From sequence record KP869112: a stretch of 64,000 nucleotides of DNA; one strand, given 5' to 3'. Shown here in pieces: positions 27,714 through 36,582 of the stretch. Numbering within the stretch: position 1 is the first letter of the stretch; every line of letters begins with the position of its first letter. Below the pieces are notes generated by a model, which searched no databases, was not told where the DNA came from, and saw nothing but the letters and a program-made list of their open reading frames with translations. Source of the DNA: Escherichia coli O157 typing phage 14. Made by a program: the position numbers and the translations under genes.

Positions 27714-28447
27714 TTATCCTCTCCTGCGCTTAGCTTTCGCAGCAGCTGCGGCAGCCTTCTGCTCCCGCTCCATTTCCCTGTTTTGGACGGTATCTAGGAA
27801 TTCTTCGATATCAAGATACTCACAGAGCTTCAGGAAATACGCCATATCTGCAAGATTTAGCGATTCAAAATTTTCCCCTTTGAAATTCTTGAGCACCCTG
27901 CACCAAAGAAAGTCGAACCAGTTGAGTGAACTGTTCTTGGCTGCCCACTCACTGGCCCTCACAACAACCTTGCTTATTCCTGCTCTTCCGGAGTCTGATC
28001 CAGGTTGTTCACCTGCTGAATCATACCCATCTGCTGTAACATCTCCAGAAGGCTTCCTAAACCGTCTTGTGTGAAAAAACAGCCGTAGTTAACCTCCAGA
28101 ACCTTACCTGCCAGCTTAATCATCTCCAGCAGATGTCCTGCAAACACAACATCTGGGTTAAGCCTATCCACACCATCTACGGTAATATCTTCGAACAAAA
28201 TTTTAAATAACTCTTCAATAGAGTTATCATCAAGTTCTTGGAACAGGTAAGCCAGAGCAGTAGGAAGGACCTCTGCCATATTCTGACCGCCTGAGATAAT
28301 AGATCCACCGATAGCACCTAGCGGGACAGCCACAATCTTACCGATTTTAGGCATGTTTTTCATTGCTTTCATCGGTCCCCAGTGGGTGATCACAAAGTTG
28401 TGCCCTGCTAAATCAATCTCTGTTGTAGGTCTAAAGTTTATAGCCAT
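27714..28447 (-). CDS. tail assembly chaperone frameshift fusion product (G-T-like), made by -1 slippage at 28073-28079
   Basis: The -1 frame is open from 28089 to the stop at 27714 and overlaps the 3' end of 27974..28447; a canonical slippery heptamer U_UUU_UUC sits in the zero frame (codons Cys-Phe-Phe of NYGCFF). Confidence 0.5.
27974..28447 (-). CDS. tail assembly chaperone (zero-frame product)
   Basis: 157 aa acidic protein between tube and tape measure genes; contains the slippery site near its 3' end. Confidence 0.6.
   Translation of the reverse strand: MAINFRPTTEIDLAGHNFVITHWGPMKAMKNMPKIGKIVAVPLGAIGGSIISGGQNMAEVLPTALAYLFQELDDNSIEELFKILFEDITVDGVDRLNPDVVFAGHLLEMIKLAGKVLEVNYGCFFTQDGLGSLLEMLQQMGMIQQVNNLDQTPEEQE
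28073..28079 (-). other. -1 programmed ribosomal frameshift slippery heptamer UUUUUUC
   Basis: Minus-strand mRNA AAC UAC GGC UGU UUU UUC ACA; X_XXY_YYZ pattern with X=U, Y=U, Z=C; the -1 frame continues for about 120 codons. Confidence 0.5.
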
Positions 28448-28490
28448 TTTATAGCATCCTTATTAGTCATGTTGTGCACCATATTTGTGT

Positions 28491-28519
28491 ATTTTACCAT
28501 GATTATGGTGCATTGTCAA
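28491..28519 (-). promoter_or_regulatory. sigma70-like promoter, TTGACA-N17-TAAAAT
   Basis: Minus strand: -35 TTGACA (plus 28514-28519), 17-nt spacer, -10 TAAAAT (plus 28491-28496); upstream of the chaperone gene. Confidence 0.5.
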
Positions 28520-28560
28520 TTTAACCTTTCAAGCAATTCAAGAACGTGTGTCAAAACCAT

Positions 28561-28592
28561 AAAAGCAAAAAGCCCCACCCGAAGGTGAGGCT
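28561..28592 (-). terminator. rho-independent terminator downstream of the tail tube gene
   Basis: Minus-strand hairpin AGCCUCACC-UUCG-GGUGGGGCU followed by UUUUGCUUUU. Confidence 0.6.
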
Positions 28593-28609
28593 TATGCTAA
28601 AGTGTGCCC

Positions 28610-29083
28610 TTAGATAATACCTGCAAGACCTGCGAGGCCAGTAAGAGCACCAGTGATGTTATCACGGTTGAGCCATGCATCCAGAATACCGATATCCCAG
28701 TCCAGTTGACCTACTTCGGTTCCGTAAGTCAGGTCAGGCTGTTTCTGGATCCAACCGATTGTGGAAATACCAGGGCCCTGGCTACCTTCCAGCAGAACCG
28801 GGAAGAATACCAGGCCAGTAATCGATGCCTGTTTCTGCCAGTCAGAAAGGTAAGCGTTCCATACAGAAGTGTTCTGCAAAGATACAGTCATAACACCAGA
28901 TTGGTTACGAGACAGGGCCGCAGACATTTCGCCATCCACACCAACGTGAGGGTAGATGTTATCTTCATTTCTTGAAACAACGATCTTGGTGTCAGCAGCG
29001 AAGCCAGTGACACGCTGCTGCATCAGGTACAGTTTGACCTTTTTAGGGTCATAAGCATAAGGAGTTAAAATTTGAGTTTCCAT
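28610..29083 (-). CDS. tail tube protein
   Basis: 157 aa ORF between sheath-size gene and chaperone pair (sheath-tube-chaperone-tape measure order as in P2/Mu-type tails). Confidence 0.5.
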   Translation of the reverse strand: METQILTPYAYDPKKVKLYLMQQRVTGFAADTKIVVSRNEDNIYPHVGVDGEMSAALSRNQSGVMTVSLQNTSVWNAYLSDWQKQASITGLVFFPVLLEGSQGPGISTIGWIQKQPDLTYGTEVGQLDWDIGILDAWLNRDNITGALTGLAGLAGII

Positions 29084-29093
29084 CTAGTCTTCC

Positions 29094-30467
29094 TTATTCA
29101 GTCATTGCAACAGCATTGGTGGATTTAGAACCAACTTTGTCCAGAAGGACGTTGATCCGGATACGAACGAAGTGCAGGGCGTTGTTATACACCAGTTCTA
29201 CTTTCACACCTTCCAGAACACGAGCAGCCAACTGATTGGTTGGGATCTCTGCACGTTTAGGAACTGTGATGATCGGGTCGTAGAACACATTGTTGTCTTC
29301 GTCAAAACCTGTCAGGATCGCGCCATTCTTAATGCCAGTATTGATCGGGTTGTTCATCAGAACAGACTTGATAACCGGAAGATCATCATCAGACATCTTC
29401 ATGCTTAAACCCATATTAGAGCGACGATGCATGTACCCAAACATAGATTCTTCAGATCTGAACTTGATCCAGTGTGCAAAACGAATAGCGTCTGCATACT
29501 GACCTGAAGCACACTTGCCTTCCCAGAAAGCGCCAACACCGTTAATCATTCTGTAGAAGTTAACGTGGTTTTCCCAAATCGCCATACGCTGAGTTAAAGT
29601 CAGAGATGGTGCAATCACACCAGGCATCTGTTTTAAATGCAAGCTGTCGCCATAGGACGGATCGTTAGATGCCATAGCGCCTATGATACCACCCTCTGGA
29701 AAATCTTTATCAGCACGAGGATCGTACATGCCAACACTGTCATATTGTGCAGTCATCAGTTTGGTGGCGATGTTATTATCTTTACCAGGCACATCTTCTG
29801 CAGTAGAGTAGACATGCAGCTTGTAGTTAGCCTGAGCCCACTTCGCACATGCTTCAATGTCGGTGTGGTCTTCATGGCACAGGAAGTACCAATTGTCACG
29901 CTCAGCATTGATCTCATCAACTACTGTAGAAGGTTTTTCAGCATTGGCGATATTTTTGATTGTATAGTTACCAGTATGATAACCAACAGTGCAATCACCA
30001 GTGATGGTGATAACACCATTGGCAGCCTCTACAGTGATGTCCAAGTTATCATCTGCTTCGATCTTAGTCTTCATTGACTCTGCAATCTGAGTTGCACCTG
30101 TTCCACCAGAGATAGGTACTATCAAAGAAGTATTGTAGCTACCTTTTGCAATAGTCATTACGACATCGGTATCAGCTGCGGCAGCAATACCTTCAAAATC
30201 TACAGTGGTCTTTTCTTTGGCCTGTCTGCCGATCATAACGTATTGTGGAGGGAATACACCACCAAAAGCTTTTGCTGCAAACTCATACGCTGCAGAGCCT
30301 TGTGCGAAACCATCTTCCACCATCTGATCCAGCTCTGCATATACGCGAGCTCGCTCAGTAAAGTTGTTGTGGATAGCGATGAACAGGGGAGTTTCGAAAC
30401 CTACAGTGTCAATAGGCTGGGTTCCGAGGTTAACTGTAACATCTACCACTTTATCTAAATATGGCAT
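29094..30467 (-). CDS. tail sheath protein
   Basis: 457 aa; size and position immediately upstream of tube gene; RBS AAGAGGAAAC. Confidence 0.55.
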   Translation of the reverse strand: MPYLDKVVDVTVNLGTQPIDTVGFETPLFIAIHNNFTERARVYAELDQMVEDGFAQGSAAYEFAAKAFGGVFPPQYVMIGRQAKEKTTVDFEGIAAAADTDVVMTIAKGSYNTSLIVPISGGTGATQIAESMKTKIEADDNLDITVEAANGVITITGDCTVGYHTGNYTIKNIANAEKPSTVVDEINAERDNWYFLCHEDHTDIEACAKWAQANYKLHVYSTAEDVPGKDNNIATKLMTAQYDSVGMYDPRADKDFPEGGIIGAMASNDPSYGDSLHLKQMPGVIAPSLTLTQRMAIWENHVNFYRMINGVGAFWEGKCASGQYADAIRFAHWIKFRSEESMFGYMHRRSNMGLSMKMSDDDLPVIKSVLMNNPINTGIKNGAILTGFDEDNNVFYDPIITVPKRAEIPTNQLAARVLEGVKVELVYNNALHFVRIRINVLLDKVGSKSTNAVAMTE

Positions 30468-30507
30468 TTGTTTCCTCTTAATATCTGTGCACGGATATCA
30501 AACACGC

Positions 30508-30524
30508 AGTGTAATCATTACACT
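30508..30524 (-). promoter_or_regulatory. perfect 17-bp palindrome AGTGTAATCATTACACT adjacent to a TATAAT box upstream of the sheath gene
   Basis: 8-1-8 palindrome; minus strand reads TTATAAT four nt upstream of it; candidate operator or late promoter element. Confidence 0.35.
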
Positions 30525-30539
30525 ACACAATTATAACGA

Positions 30540-31091
30540 TTACTGACCACTGTCTGTAACCGCTTTACCAGAATTGGGTGAAGGGAAGTGTGTGGTTATT
30601 TCAGCCTTAATTCCCTGAAGATCCTCAAAAGCCCCAATGTCTGTTTCAACAAACCTTACGTTAAATGTCAGCATCACAGTGGCTCTATTTTCATACGTCT
30701 GCTTATTCAACGGCACTCTTTGAGGTGAGATTGTTGAATTGTTAGAGTAGGCAAAGCACGATCCCAGAGGGAAATACTTGTCATAAAACATTGGAAGGTT
30801 TATTGCTTGCAATACTCTGCTAAGTGCAGCATATGCCCTGCCACGATAAGCTGTTAGCAGATAGGTAACAGTGTAGCTGTGGGTGACATAAGCATTACCC
30901 TCCGCATCTTGAAACTCATTATCTTCCCAAGTGGTAGGATTGATCGCCAAGGTTTGTAAAAGTACAAACTCACCTTCCGGCTTCGGTATGGTAGAGCTTT
31001 CTGCCAGAACTACAGTTCTTCCTGTGGCAACCTTGACAAGCTTAGCAATGGTTGTTTCAAGATCAGAAAAAACTTTTTCGAAAGCTTCCAT
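30540..31091 (-). CDS. head-tail joining / neck protein (hypothetical)
   Basis: 183 aa ORF between capsid and sheath genes. Confidence 0.4.
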   Translation of the reverse strand: MEAFEKVFSDLETTIAKLVKVATGRTVVLAESSTIPKPEGEFVLLQTLAINPTTWEDNEFQDAEGNAYVTHSYTVTYLLTAYRGRAYAALSRVLQAINLPMFYDKYFPLGSCFAYSNNSTISPQRVPLNKQTYENRATVMLTFNVRFVETDIGAFEDLQGIKAEITTHFPSPNSGKAVTDSGQ

Positions 31092-31516
31092 CAGTTTTCT
31101 CCTTCAGGCTCTTCTACCACAAAAAATCTATATCTCCCACCACCAGAGGTAACATATGCATCGCATTTTAAAACGGTAAACCATTTCAAGTCACCACGGA
31201 TGTCAGGAAGTTGAATTTGATCAGCCATTGCATATGTTCCTTCATCCGGACTATACAACTTGGTTGAGGAGTAAACTGTAAAAGCCTCGTACTGTCTGTC
31301 ACCTTCAGGGTTTATTTGAGAGGAGTAATCTTTGGCTGCCCTTCCTGTCAACGGCTGCACAACACACTCTAAGACATCAAACTCTTCATACTCAAGTTCT
31401 AACCCCTCGTTGGCAAAAGGGCCACCAACTGTTTTGTTATACACTCTGTGGCGACCTTTGAATGTTTTACGAGGTATTAGTCTGTTCTTTCCTATCAGCT
31501 TATAACCTGCTGCCAC
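31091..31516 (-). CDS. head-tail joining / neck protein (hypothetical)
   Basis: 141 aa ORF, start/stop overlap with neighbour. Confidence 0.4.
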   Translation of the reverse strand: MAAGYKLIGKNRLIPRKTFKGRHRVYNKTVGGPFANEGLELEYEEFDVLECVVQPLTGRAAKDYSSQINPEGDRQYEAFTVYSSTKLYSPDEGTYAMADQIQLPDIRGDLKWFTVLKCDAYVTSGGGRYRFFVVEEPEGEN

Positions 31517-31531
31517 TCAACCCCCTTATTT

Positions 31532-32002
31532 TTACTGTCCGATTTTAAAGGTTGCAGATTCAAGCAGCACATCGTAATGCCGCATAGCCTCGTTGAAGCC
31601 TTTCTCTTGTGCCCACTGCTCGCTAACAGTGGGATTACTAAACTGCCCAGCCTCAATAACAAACTGGATAGCTTTGGCCCCTGTGTCCCCCATCTGCTTA
31701 AGAATAGCCTCTGCACTTGATCCTCTAGCCATAGCTCTCAACAATTTTTCTGTCAAGGTCTGTAGTTGAGTGCTGTGAAATGCAAAGGCTGTCTCCATGA
31801 AATTGCGAACAGGCAGCCCGTTCCAACCGAAGTTGTGAATGGCTGCCAATGTTGCCATATTTAAGCCTGACGGGTGAGGTTCGTCATAAAAGCCGTAGGT
31901 TATTGTTTTACTTTCAAGTCTCACAAGTTCTTTGTAGAAGCGATCTAAACGCTTTAGGTTGAACCTTGTTTGACATTTAACCTTTAGCATTATATCCCTC
32001 AC
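31532..32002 (-). CDS. head-tail joining protein (hypothetical)
   Basis: 156 aa ORF in the neck region. Confidence 0.4.
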   Translation of the reverse strand: MRDIMLKVKCQTRFNLKRLDRFYKELVRLESKTITYGFYDEPHPSGLNMATLAAIHNFGWNGLPVRNFMETAFAFHSTQLQTLTEKLLRAMARGSSAEAILKQMGDTGAKAIQFVIEAGQFSNPTVSEQWAQEKGFNEAMRHYDVLLESATFKIGQ

Positions 32003-32043
32003 TAATGTATTTTACCACAAAGATACATCAAAAGCAACAATTT

Positions 32044-32664
32044 TTAAAAACTGCGTTTGCGTCTTGGGTGGCGAGGAGGTTGGTTATTTAGACCACTGAT
32101 AGGTGTAATCCCCTGGACATCGAACGGTCCGTTGCTGTTTTCATTAAATTTAACCCGAATTCCTTCATCTACACGAACACCACCAATGATAATCATTCTG
32201 CTGTAAGCATCTAGCTCAGAATCTACATAGTCTGGGTGTGCCAGCAGCCAATCAAGGAAATCTTTCCATTGGGCGTAGGAAGATCCACCACGAATCTCTA
32301 TGGTCTCATCACCTATTTTTTCCAGACGGGAAGTTATACTTGCATTACCGCTGGACACTTCCTGCATCATTAGCCACCGCACAAGCTGCACAAGCACATT
32401 GTACTTAAGCAGAGGTAGCTTATCAGGGTCTGCCGGATAATTTAGTTTCAACTTCTCCATGTCAAGGAATGTTTTAATTACCTCATCAGGGAGAGTTTCC
32501 TCATCAACATTGCCGAGCAACAACCTCATAATATTAATAAGAGGTTGGTCTGGATCAGGTTCCGGAAGTACAGGATCTTCTTTTGGTGGTTCTTCTGGGG
32601 TATCGACTACACCATCATGGTTAGGCGGTGACGGGATAATCTCTTCATCTTCATACCATGCCAT
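32044..32664 (-). CDS. head-associated protein (hypothetical)
   Basis: Start reassigned to ATG at 32662-32664 (MAWYEDEE, RBS GAGGT); acidic Pro-rich N-terminus. Confidence 0.4.
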   Translation of the reverse strand: MAWYEDEEIIPSPPNHDGVVDTPEEPPKEDPVLPEPDPDQPLINIMRLLLGNVDEETLPDEVIKTFLDMEKLKLNYPADPDKLPLLKYNVLVQLVRWLMMQEVSSGNASITSRLEKIGDETIEIRGGSSYAQWKDFLDWLLAHPDYVDSELDAYSRMIIIGGVRVDEGIRVKFNENSNGPFDVQGITPISGLNNQPPRHPRRKRSF

Positions 32665-32675
32665 TTGAAAATACC

Positions 32676-32713
32676 TCGTAAAAATAAAGCCCCATTCCTG
32701 ATTTGGAAGGGGC
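32676..32713 (-). terminator. rho-independent terminator downstream of 32724..33572
   Basis: Hairpin GCCCC-A-UUCC ... GGAA-GGGGC followed on the minus strand by UUUAUUUUUACGA. Confidence 0.5.
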
Positions 32714-32723
32714 CTTAACAAAA

Positions 32724-33572
32724 TTATGCCAGTGCAGCCTCAAAATCTTTCATCATATTTTGGAAAGTTTTTGCCTTACTTAAGGTAACACCGTACTCTT
32801 TAGCGAAGGTTTGGAGTGCATCTTTTGAACCACTTTTGTCATCTTCGTTGTTAAGAGCTGCGGCCTGTTTAAGGATTTCATCCTTATTCTCAATGGCTAC
32901 AAATGAGGAAGAGGATACAGTCACATCTTGCGGATCTGCTACAGTAACTTCACCGTCACCACCAGGTTCAGTAGGACCTACAGGCGGCTCCGGCTCTGGT
33001 TCAGGCGGCTCCGGCTCTGGTTCAGGCGGTGGAGCTATCGTAGAGACCAGTCCAAGATTTACAACCTGAGAACGTTTCTTAGGCCACTCAATGGTGAAAG
33101 TTTGGGTATCTTCTTCATAAACAATGTTGCATTGCTCATCGTTTATGGTCACTTTTTTAGGCATCCCTACAGGATCCCACAGATGACCTTCTGCCACGGA
33201 AACCTTGAAAGCAGCATCTACCTCTTTAAACACTGACGGAGTGAGTGTGATATTGACATCCCCGCTTTGCAGTGTTAAAGTGCTTTCATCAAGGTTCTCT
33301 GTGAAGAACAGAAGAATAACACCCATACGGATAGTTGAAATACCAGTATCAATTGGCAGGCCTGTATGTTTTGCAATCTTCTCGAAGAAGTCTACAATCG
33401 TTCTGCACGGATAGTGAACACTGCCAATAACGAATTCTGTTGGTGGCAGCAGGGCTGATAAACCAACATTGATTTCTGGGTTATATTGTGCTAAAAATTG
33501 ATAAAAACTTAACTGATTGTTGAAAACTCTTAATAGAGGATCATACTCGACTGGGTAGACGGTTCGCTTCAC
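32724..33572 (-). CDS. capsid-associated protein with Pro-Glu repeat linker (hypothetical)
   Basis: 282 aa; PPPEPEPEPPEPEPEPPVGPTEPGG linker encoded by a 21-bp tandem DNA repeat; located next to the major capsid gene. Confidence 0.45.
   Translation of the reverse strand: MKRTVYPVEYDPLLRVFNNQLSFYQFLAQYNPEINVGLSALLPPTEFVIGSVHYPCRTIVDFFEKIAKHTGLPIDTGISTIRMGVILLFFTENLDESTLTLQSGDVNITLTPSVFKEVDAAFKVSVAEGHLWDPVGMPKKVTINDEQCNIVYEEDTQTFTIEWPKKRSQVVNLGLVSTIAPPPEPEPEPPEPEPEPPVGPTEPGGDGEVTVADPQDVTVSSSSFVAIENKDEILKQAAALNNEDDKSGSKDALQTFAKEYGVTLSKAKTFQNMMKDFEAALA
32981..33029. repeat. 21-bp tandem repeat (about 2.3 copies) encoding PEPEPEP
   Basis: CAGGCGGCTCCGGCTCTGGTT repeated at 32981-33001 and 33002-33022, with a partial third copy. 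Confidence 0.8.
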
Positions 33573-33646
33573 GGGACACTCCTGTTAAACCCTAATAAAT
33601 AAAAAGGGGAGGGGGAGAACCCCCTCCCCATATGGGATGAATCACC

Positions 33647-34660
33647 TCAGTGATTACCACCTTTCAGAGTTGCTTTAACAACCAGCTCTGGACGGGTGTT
33701 AACTGCCAGCATGGAAGTTTCAGATTCAATCTTCTCTTCACGCAGGTATGCAGAGTGTTTATACCACATATACAGTTCCTGTGCTGGAGTGTTTGCTTCG
33801 TTAACATCGTCTGCCGGAGCAAAGTGCAGCTGGAACATCTGATCAATACCCATCGGCAGGATGCGAGCCTCTTTCTTAGGAATATTGCCAGAGATATCTT
33901 CGATAAAGGTGATACCTTTATGCTCAAACACACGGTATACGCTGTCTTGACCACCCGCACCCAGACGGCGACGCAGAGGTTCCTGAGCAGAGCCGTAATA
34001 GGTGTATGCCAGTTCTACCAGCGGGTGATGGGTAACAGCACTGAAGAACTCCGGTGAGCACAGGGCTACGATGCGATAGCCAGCTGCGTTATCACCAGCT
34101 TGCAGTGCGATGTGCAGACGAGCTTCTTCCAGAACCTCCATAGGATCCTGATCTGCTTTTGCAGGGTCAATCTCAACAGACTTCTGATCCACACCCCACA
34201 GAGTGTAGTAGTTATACTGGCAGGTAGCGTCACCAGGTGCATAGGATTTACCCAGAATAGCCTGGAACAGCGCTTTCTCACGCAGTGCTTCATGGGAAAC
34301 ACGGATACGGCGAACAACGCGGGTTACTACGTCCTGAACAGTTTTCGGAGCATCAGGAGTGAAGTAACGACGGAAGTTCTGAACATCTGCAGCAGTGATG
34401 CCTTTATCCAGAGGGAAGAACGGGATGTTCAGGTTTTTAACCTGAGCACGTTCATTACCAACGTAGTTACGCTCACCACCACGACGGCGTGCCGGAATGT
34501 CTGTTACAACTTCATCAACACGCTCGATCTGAGCAATTGTTGAGGTGCCGAGACGAGTTTCGAACAGATCCATACCAGTAATCAGGCGGAATTGACGCGG
34601 AACAAGGTCCAGAGTAGCACCTAAATCAACAATGCCAAATTCATCTTTACGAGTAATCAT
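33647..34660 (-). CDS. major capsid protein
   Basis: 337 aa; position after scaffold and a small decoration-size gene in the portal-protease-scaffold-capsid order. Confidence 0.6.
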   Translation of the reverse strand: MITRKDEFGIVDLGATLDLVPRQFRLITGMDLFETRLGTSTIAQIERVDEVVTDIPARRRGGERNYVGNERAQVKNLNIPFFPLDKGITAADVQNFRRYFTPDAPKTVQDVVTRVVRRIRVSHEALREKALFQAILGKSYAPGDATCQYNYYTLWGVDQKSVEIDPAKADQDPMEVLEEARLHIALQAGDNAAGYRIVALCSPEFFSAVTHHPLVELAYTYYGSAQEPLRRRLGAGGQDSVYRVFEHKGITFIEDISGNIPKKEARILPMGIDQMFQLHFAPADDVNEANTPAQELYMWYKHSAYLREEKIESETSMLAVNTRPELVVKATLKGGNH

Positions 34661-34708
34661 TTATTTCTCCAAAGTAAAACTTAAATATTTTCCCGAACAA
34701 TTTAGGAC

Positions 34709-35098
34709 TTACTCTTCCCCAAGAGTCTGGACGTGAACTTTGTTACCCAGAGCTTCCAGCTTTTCAAGAACAGCCTGCTTAGCTGCTTCACCGTCAGACC
34801 CCAGCAGCTTATCTTTTGCAAAGGTAACACCATGAACTGCAACAACCAGTTTATATTTCTGACCTGTTTTCAGAGGCTCAGCAAGATGAACTTTTCCTGC
34901 ATCTTTTACCAAAGCTCGGTCTACAAGAACACCATAAACGTCTGAGTCATCATCGTTAGCGATAGTGCCAGTTTTTGTTACAACAGTACCAGCATGATGG
35001 TGCTCTGTCAGTATAATTTCCATCTCTTTAAAATTGTAGCCAGCATCGCTAGAATCAACTTTGCCGAGCACGATATCAGAATATTGAGCGGTAATCAT
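34709..35098 (-). CDS. small head protein, possible decoration protein
   Basis: 129 aa between scaffold and major capsid genes. Confidence 0.4.
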   Translation of the reverse strand: MITAQYSDIVLGKVDSSDAGYNFKEMEIILTEHHHAGTVVTKTGTIANDDDSDVYGVLVDRALVKDAGKVHLAEPLKTGQKYKLVVAVHGVTFAKDKLLGSDGEAAKQAVLEKLEALGNKVHVQTLGEE

Positions 35099-35118
35099 TT
35101 ATTTCCCCCGTTAATGTC

Positions 35119-36096
35119 TTATTTGGTAGATTCTGCACGTGCACGAGCAAGTGCTTTTGCAACGTTTTCAGCAAGAATTTCTTCTGCGGATTTTGCAATA
35201 TCATCCACAACAGGTTCGCCATCATTACCATGTTCAGTGGTGGCAAACTCTTCTTTGGTTTTATGCACCTCTGCTTCCAGCTCTTCAATTTTGGCCTGAG
35301 CTTTCTCCAGCATAGCTACGATAGGTTCGTTAGCTTTTTCCAGCATGAAGTCAACCAGGGTTGCATGATCTTCTTCACCAACAAAGCTTAAAGCTTGAGC
35401 CTTAGTCAGCATTTTAGCTTTTTCAACTTCAATCTGGGCTTTGATGATTTCTTCAGCTTTACTCTGGGTTGCTTTCAGCTCTTCTACTTGCTTCAGCAGA
35501 TCCAGATACTCTTTAGTTTTGGTTACGTCCACCGGATTCTCCTCGGTATTTGCGGATTTTGCAACATCATCCACCTCGGTAGTTTTATCCACCTCAGCAG
35601 GTTCCTGTACCGCCTTGATCAGGTTCCCTTCTTTATCGAAGAGATCAGCGGTTACTTGTTCAAAAATCTGTTGTGTTTTTAACAGGCTGTACTGATCTAC
35701 CACACTAAGCTGCTTGCCTTCTTTTGCAGCCTTATGAATGGTCACGTTATCACAACGCTCTTCCAGCCATGCAATACAAGACTCTGCGTCAGCTTGCGCC
35801 CATTCCCAATCAGGATGCTCTTTAGCCCAAGCCTCCTCTTCAATCTCAAAACCAAGCATGTGTGCAAGTGCTTTAGCATCATCATACCACATACCGAAGA
35901 AACGACGCAGGTATTCTTCAAAACTAAGCTCCACAGTAACTTGGCGAAGTGCCTTAACAATATCGTCTGTTAACTGCTCAGGCTTAAGATCACTCTTCAT
36001 CAAAAGAGATACAGGTCTGTTGTTAGCGCTATAGCCTTGCGCCTTATGGCACAGGGCAATCCCCTTCTCTTTAATAGTAATCGTTTTTTCAGACAT
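35119..36096 (-). CDS. capsid scaffolding protein
   Basis: 325 aa, highly acidic with long Glu/Lys/Ala-rich helical C-terminal half; between protease and capsid genes. Confidence 0.55.
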   Translation of the reverse strand: MSEKTITIKEKGIALCHKAQGYSANNRPVSLLMKSDLKPEQLTDDIVKALRQVTVELSFEEYLRRFFGMWYDDAKALAHMLGFEIEEEAWAKEHPDWEWAQADAESCIAWLEERCDNVTIHKAAKEGKQLSVVDQYSLLKTQQIFEQVTADLFDKEGNLIKAVQEPAEVDKTTEVDDVAKSANTEENPVDVTKTKEYLDLLKQVEELKATQSKAEEIIKAQIEVEKAKMLTKAQALSFVGEEDHATLVDFMLEKANEPIVAMLEKAQAKIEELEAEVHKTKEEFATTEHGNDGEPVVDDIAKSAEEILAENVAKALARARAESTK

Positions 36097-36527
36097 TATT
36101 CATTGCCCTCTTCTACAACACTGATCCCGAAGTTTACGTTGGTAATTTCACCAGTTTCTTCATCAACATTACCTGTTGCCTGAATGCTTAGGCCACCAAC
36201 AATGCCAGCCTTCTTAGCTTCCCATAATTCAGGATTATTGTATTTAACTTTAGCAACCCAAGAGCCAGCCTTGATGACCTGCTCAGTGCCAATTACTACA
36301 ACATCAAACTCTTCTTGAATCCACGTCTTTTCAATAGTGAAAGCATCTGTAGAGGTCAAGTGAAAAAGGTTTTCAGAAACTAGTCCTGCGGCGTAGGCTG
36401 CGTCCCAGTTATCTTTAGCCTTTTTGATGGTGTCTTTACTCATCCACTCACCGTGAGCATCTTTAGTGTCAGGTTCGTAGATGATTTCGTAGGAAATCAT
36501 TTCTTCCTGTGGCATCTTATTCCCCAT
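36096..36527 (-). CDS. putative prohead protease (XkdF-like)
   Basis: Start reassigned to ATG at 36525-36527 (MGNKMPQEEM); motif YEPDTKDAHGEWMSKDTIKKA resembles the XkdF-type region; position between portal and scaffold. Confidence 0.4.
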   Translation of the reverse strand: MGNKMPQEEMISYEIIYEPDTKDAHGEWMSKDTIKKAKDNWDAAYAAGLVSENLFHLTSTDAFTIEKTWIQEEFDVVVIGTEQVIKAGSWVAKVKYNNPELWEAKKAGIVGGLSIQATGNVDEETGEITNVNFGISVVEEGNE

Positions 36528-36582
36528 GTGGATTATTTTATCACGCCAAAGGAGGTTTTGCAACCCCCTGTGTTGATAATTT

